From Seison nebaliae (taxonomy: Eukaryota), in the NCBI GenBank assembly GCA_023231475.1, contig JALJEE010002829.1, forward strand, positions 1-48,545: a DNA stretch of 48,545 nucleotides, written 5' to 3'. The notes under the pieces were generated by a model. The model was not told the origin of the DNA. It made no database searches and saw only the letters and a program-made list of their open reading frames with translations. Each line of letters begins with the position of its first letter. Within the stretch, counting starts at the first letter, position 1. This document shows positions 39,310-48,545 of the stretch, piece by piece. Both the position numbers and the translations under genes were made by a program.

Positions 39310-39500
39310 GAATCACATTCATTTAGTCTGTTAGAGCCATTAGGGGGAGAATGAATAATATTGAAACAAATTATTTACCTTCAATTTGGTCTTCAATTTT
39401 ATTAGTAAATAAATAATTTAGCCGAATATTTGTTCACTTCCCAATCTCGACTGAACGGTCGCTAATAATAATGGTTTATATTATTTCTTAAGTTGAACTG
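39310..39500 (-). mobile_element. Possible pogo/Tigger-like DDE fossil
   Basis: KPLLL followed downstream by IIHSPPNGSNRLNECD, resembling the pogo LPPNTTSRLQPLD motif. Heavily decayed. Confidence 0.2.
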
Positions 39501-40329
39501 TAAAGAATAATTAAACGTCAGACTAAAACCAAAGAAGTTTTTCCTCTATGAATTTGGTTTATCACAATTTCAAGGTATTATGTTCTCATCACAAATATCC
39601 TCATGATGATGTTGATCTATGTTCACTTCGCATGCAAATCGTTAAACTTCCATCTCATGTATTGGAATTCTGATAGGATATTGAAATTATTTATTAAGAT
39701 ACAATTAATCTTCTTTTAATTTGGTAAAATGCTGAAATTCGTAAATTTTATTGTCGCATTTTCATAATGAAATTCCTTCGTATGTCGTCAACTATTTGAC
39801 TCGAATTCTAATGCTTTCTTTCTCGCCAAAACGTTGTTTGTTTGTTCTTCGTATTTTATCAATTTCCACTAATACTTCTACATAATGTACAATATATTTA
39901 TCACCAGTTTACGTCTAATGTTACATTTGGGAGAGAAAGGGGTCGATCCTAATTCCACTAAAAAATAATCTGTCGAAAACATTGAAATTCATGTTTTCGT
40001 CACGTTCTCTTCGATTACTGTCCTGGAGTTTTCATCCAACAATTTTTTCTTACTCATTTCTCATCAATATTCTTATATCAAACATTTGCATTGACAATTT
40101 TATTTCGAAGTCAATTAACTTAATTCGCTCTTTTTCGTCTTCTCGTTGTTTTCTTCCAATTTGTTCCTGGAGATTCATAGTTATCGTTATTGGATTCTCT
40201 TACAAAATTATTTCAAATTAGACAAAATCAATTAATTTTGTCATCTCCCGATTATATTTTGAAAATATTTGATGAATATTTGAAAAATAAATAATATTTT
40301 CTGTTTAGAGTTTAGTATTTGAAGAGGAG

Positions 40330-41270
40330 AATGATTTTACGGTTTTCTTCCGCTTAAAAGGAGTTATGATTCTAAATAGACAAGTTCAATTGAGTCGATT
40401 TTAATAAATGATTAATAATAATGATTTAGCTCATTCTTATCATCCCCATCCAATTTTCATCACCAAAATATGATGAATTCAGTGGAATTTTTAATGGTTT
40501 ATGAACAGTTAACGAATCGAATATTAAGAAATCGTTTCCAGTTAGATTGCTAACGATGTACTCAAACACATTTCGATATTAGTCTAACACTTGAACATAA
40601 TTTTTGCACGAGTAAAATTATTGAAGGAAATTAAATATAGTTCGATAATACTTTGTATTGAAGTTATATGCTGATTTTGAAAATTCCGTTTGCGGAAAAT
40701 TCTTATGGAAATGCCGTTGATGGATGATAGCCAACACTTATTTGGATTTGACCCACCCTCAACATTTTGAGATGAATATCTTTTTTCTTCTTCTTACTCA
40801 CCAAATATGTACAAAAATAACCGAATGAGGAGAATGTATATTTAGTTTAATTGTATCATACAATTTACATAGTCGAATTGAGAAGTCATTGTTTTTTAAG
40901 AAATTCATAAACTGGTAGAGCTAATGGTATATTTGGAAGAGTTATCTCTTTTGTACCTGCAGAAGGTCATATTAATGTTCGCTTAATGTAAAAGAAAAGA
41001 AGCAAGATTCCGATACTCCTTTCACCAATTCAACATATTTGTTTCAACTTTCGTTAAATACCCTCAACTAAATTATACATCGTCGAATGTTGTGTATGAG
41101 AAGAAAGAATGAATCTTACGTCCGTTCTTCCAGGCCAATTCCAGTATTACCGTCACAGCCGGAAGTTTAACTGTTGACTGCTATTAAAGATTTTTCAACG
41201 GTCTTTCATCACCCAAAATACTTCCTATTGTTTTAGTGAAAATTTCTTCTTACATTCTTCTGACAAGATA
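40330..41270 (+). pseudogene. Decayed PIF1-family helicase remnant (possibly Helitron-derived)
   Basis: FFRLKGVM..RQ....F**MIN (about 40345), FLRNS*TGRANGIFGRVISF (about 40893), and SITV...LTVD plus AIKDFSTVF (about 41145-41210), in the order of PIF1 C-terminal motifs. Many stops and frameshifts. Confidence 0.45.
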
Positions 41271-43511
41271 AATAAATTTCTTATAAATTAAACAAACCGA
41301 TCTAAACAATTCTGCAATCGCTCTTCTTTCTGTGCATTTTGTGTGCACAGAAAATTTCTATATTTAAAATAATTGGAAAAAGAATTATAAACTGTTATTA
41401 CGATAATTATATATCGGCTTATGATGATGCGAAAGACATACACGAATTTCATTATTCGAAATAAGAACGAATGTTCTTCTTCCAATTCCATCAACGATGA
41501 TATTGGAGCGGTTACAATGAGTCATATGTAGGATGTAAATACACTTTGAAATGGAACCATATACATTTTGATAATTGTTCTTCGTGTCGACGATGACGAT
41601 AAATTGAAAATAAGTAAATTTTTTTCTAAATTTCAAGATGTTCGATTCCTTTCAATTTTCTTTTTAATTTAAAGATAATTCTTCCTCCCAGTTAGTGGAC
41701 CATGTCCTTGTTTTGTTGATGTAATTATGTAATTGTTTCATGGCCCGATAGTTGAACACAATTTCAATTGGTGTTTCCTTACCCGAACTTCACAGAGAAT
41801 TTTTACAGTAATTCGATTGTATTGATCATGCTAATGAAATTAATGGAATAATAATAATCTTATTCCTCAAATCACCATGTCATTGATAGTGCTCTGATTT
41901 ATCTGTAGCATGTGGTACAGTTTTGGGGAGAAGTTTAATCAATTAAAAATGGTTAATGATATGAAAGAAACCCGACAAGAATATTTATCTAAATTTCTAT
42001 TCTATATCTCTATATATGGGAATGGTAAATGAATTGTAGCGCTAAGTTGATTGTAAGTGAATCTGGGAGAGTTGGTCCTGTTAAAAAAAGCGGGAAGGAT
42101 GATTATATAGACGGAATGGATATCCACACATATATGTGCATATGTAATGATAGTTAATGCACATATAACTCTGGATATAGTATACTGATTATGAAAGTGA
42201 GTATAGTGGAATGTCAATCTGTCTGGCCACTATTTGTTATTTCCACATTACATAATAGTCCTTCATTCCATTCCACCAGCCAGTAGAGAGAGATGTCAAT
42301 AGAATGACAGAGAAATTATTTAACACATTTCTTACAATCTTTTAACATCGTTTTAATATGAAAATTTTGTTTTAGGACCAGTCCAACTATTCGACGACAT
42401 TCTCCCTATGTCTTCTACACACAAATAACTATCCTTTTGGCAGACCAAATATATTTAGTTCCTAATGTATCATGTTCTCTCAAAGGAACATGCATGACTG
42501 TCCGAATGTTGGTCGAAAATAAAAATTTTCATAAAACCATTTCCCCAAAAATGTATATGAAACATCAGTGTTGTGTGGAAGTAATCTTTGAAATTAATTA
42601 ATATTCACTTATTGTTTATGATGAAGATGAAAGAGAATAGATAATGTTTCTATGGCTCCTCTCCATGATTTGATGGCATTCGTTCCTTTATCCTCGCCGT
42701 CCCTTCATTTTCAATTTTTTTCACCAATAAATTCGTCGGGGCAAATTCGTGTAATTTCTATTTCTTTCCGTGTAATAGCAAACGAGTGAAATGGGAAGGA
42801 AACGATATTTAGTGACGATATTTTAGCGATGTTATTTGCCAATGTAAAACTGATCCATTATATACCATTAGGATAGTTAGTTGCGAATGATTATTCCCAA
42901 ATTGATGAGTAGGTCGATGGTGCACCTACTTGTCAATTGGGACATAAATAAGAAGTACATGCTCTCCCATTTTCCGTGCGATGACATTTTAGAGGGAGAG
43001 GAAATGTTAATTTTCGATTATTCATCAACTCAATCTGGGAAATATGTTTCTCACAAACTTCCGCCGAAAATTTCTTCTTATTAGTCCGACGAATAAATAT
43101 AGATTTCCTTCGTTTTTCTTGACTCCTACAAATATCTATTTATTAACTCTAAAAATATTAACAAGACAAATAGAGAATTGGAAAGAAACGGAAGAAAGTT
43201 AAATAATATTAGCAACAATAACTTTGTTGTATATATGTAGGAAAGAACAATATTAGTGTCCTTTTTTAAATGGTTCCTTTCAATTCTATTTCATTCATCA
43301 AAAGTCCATCATTCTATTCCTATCTTATTTACACAACTCCGGCCAATTCTTCTTCTATCGACTACTACTCGCGAGAATAATGATGAAATAAAATATCATA
43401 TTTTCATTTCTCATTTTCTAAAGATCATTCTCTCTTCCTCATAATAATCATAATACAACTTCACCCGGATACCATCATTTCTCTTCCTCCTCACCTTATT
43501 GATGAGCCCAT

Positions 43512-47403
<3,892 letters not shown>

Positions 47404-47699
47404 CGGAATATGATAAATCATTACCGGATTTACTATCTATTCTTTTATTTAACCAATTTATTTTTTTACATTTTGGAGAGTTTAACTTTAATATATTTGT
47501 GGAATAAAATCTTTTTTATCACGAATTCTTTACATTGGACAATTTTATTATTATTATTATTATTATTTATTGAAGTACAATCCCAATTTGGGTAAAAGAA
47601 AAAAAAATAAATAAATTATAAAAGATTAATAAGATCACCAAAATAAATTTTTAGACCGACAAAATTATTATTGTTGATTAGCTCACGGTCAAGTGAAAT

Positions 47700-48545
47700 A
47701 CTAGAGACAAGAGCACCCGGTATGTACTCATCCAACTTGAAGTTGTGTAGCATACTCCTGGCATCAGAGAGAGATGATGGATACGATAAATTATAATATG
47801 AACAAAAATAACGAAGAGGATTGTTAAATTTCTCACATTGCGAGAATTCGATGCTTATTTATGGTCGTTTATGCGATTCGGTTCGTTATGATGAAAGGAG
47901 TAGAAGTTTCTTATGAATTGCCGACGAATGTTATCGACAAAGGAGGAGCTTCGTTTCCGTTTATCCATCATACACCCGAGAAAGATAGTTTCACTGCAAC
48001 ACATCGGTCTCAGACGAGAATATTTTTCGCTAATAACATTATTGTTTAACAGCTTTGGTTTCCCATTATTACACACGATTCCACATTCTTCTAATTTCAT
48101 ATTCACTACATTCAGCAATAGATTGAGGTCTTTTGTAGAATTAGTGAGACTAAATTGTCTGCATAAGAATATACAGAAGGAAATGTTGAATATCCACACA
48201 CGAATGAACATCGGTTATTACAGGCTTCGATTACTTCATCGAAGATCTTTCCAAATATCCAGGGTGCAAGAATAGAACCCTGTCTCACTCCTTTGTTGAT
48301 ATCAAACGGTTCACTCAATACTGAGTTCCATTTAATAACTCATCTGGACTCGACTGATAGTTTTCTTATGAATTCGAGAGAACCAGAATCCATACCTCTA
48401 CTAGATAATAAGTCCAATCCAACTCCAATCTTTACGGAATCAAATGCCTTAGAAGCATCTAGAAAACAAACCAGAAAAGTTTGCTTTGATGAACGGGACA
48501 TCGAAATGAAATATCGGATTAATAGAATGATCGGTAACGTTCCTC
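47700..48545 (-). mobile_element. Inactive non-LTR retrotransposon (LINE) reverse transcriptase fragment, running off the window end
   Basis: CFLDASKAFDSV, GVRQGSILAP, YADN (catalytic YADD mutated) and IFLG. In-frame TGA at 48340-48342 and a frameshift just after YADN. Left boundary approximate. Confidence 0.9.

Overview
Eukaryotic (metazoan, invertebrate-like), very AT-rich, compact, gene-dense genomic DNA in the standard genetic code. No prokaryotic features or CRISPR. Splicing the fragmented ORFs by hand gives about 17 protein genes: GINS3/Psf3, a 1051-aa disordered protein, a Vav-like DH-PH-C1 RhoGEF with an extra N-terminal DH-like domain, a two-CNBD protein, TatD, a HINT protein, a small HSP-like protein, OCIAD1, BTBD10/KCTD20, a tetraspanin-like protein, an amidated neuropeptide precursor, METTL13, ZDHHC5/8, a type I membrane protein, CMIP and two small unknowns. 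Also present are decayed Tc1/mariner-like, PIF1-helicase-like and non-LTR RT fossils. The most striking signal is the splicing code. Of 49 short introns (about 40-130 nt) reconstructed by eye in 8 genes, 47 begin GTT and 2 begin GTC, and none begins GTA/GTG. There is no +5G consensus, over a third end in AAG, and near-perfect canonical GTAAG donors in exons appear to be ignored. This points to a rewired 5' splice-site recognition system (U1/U6). All gene models are manual and unverified by RNA data. The species cannot be determined from the window.
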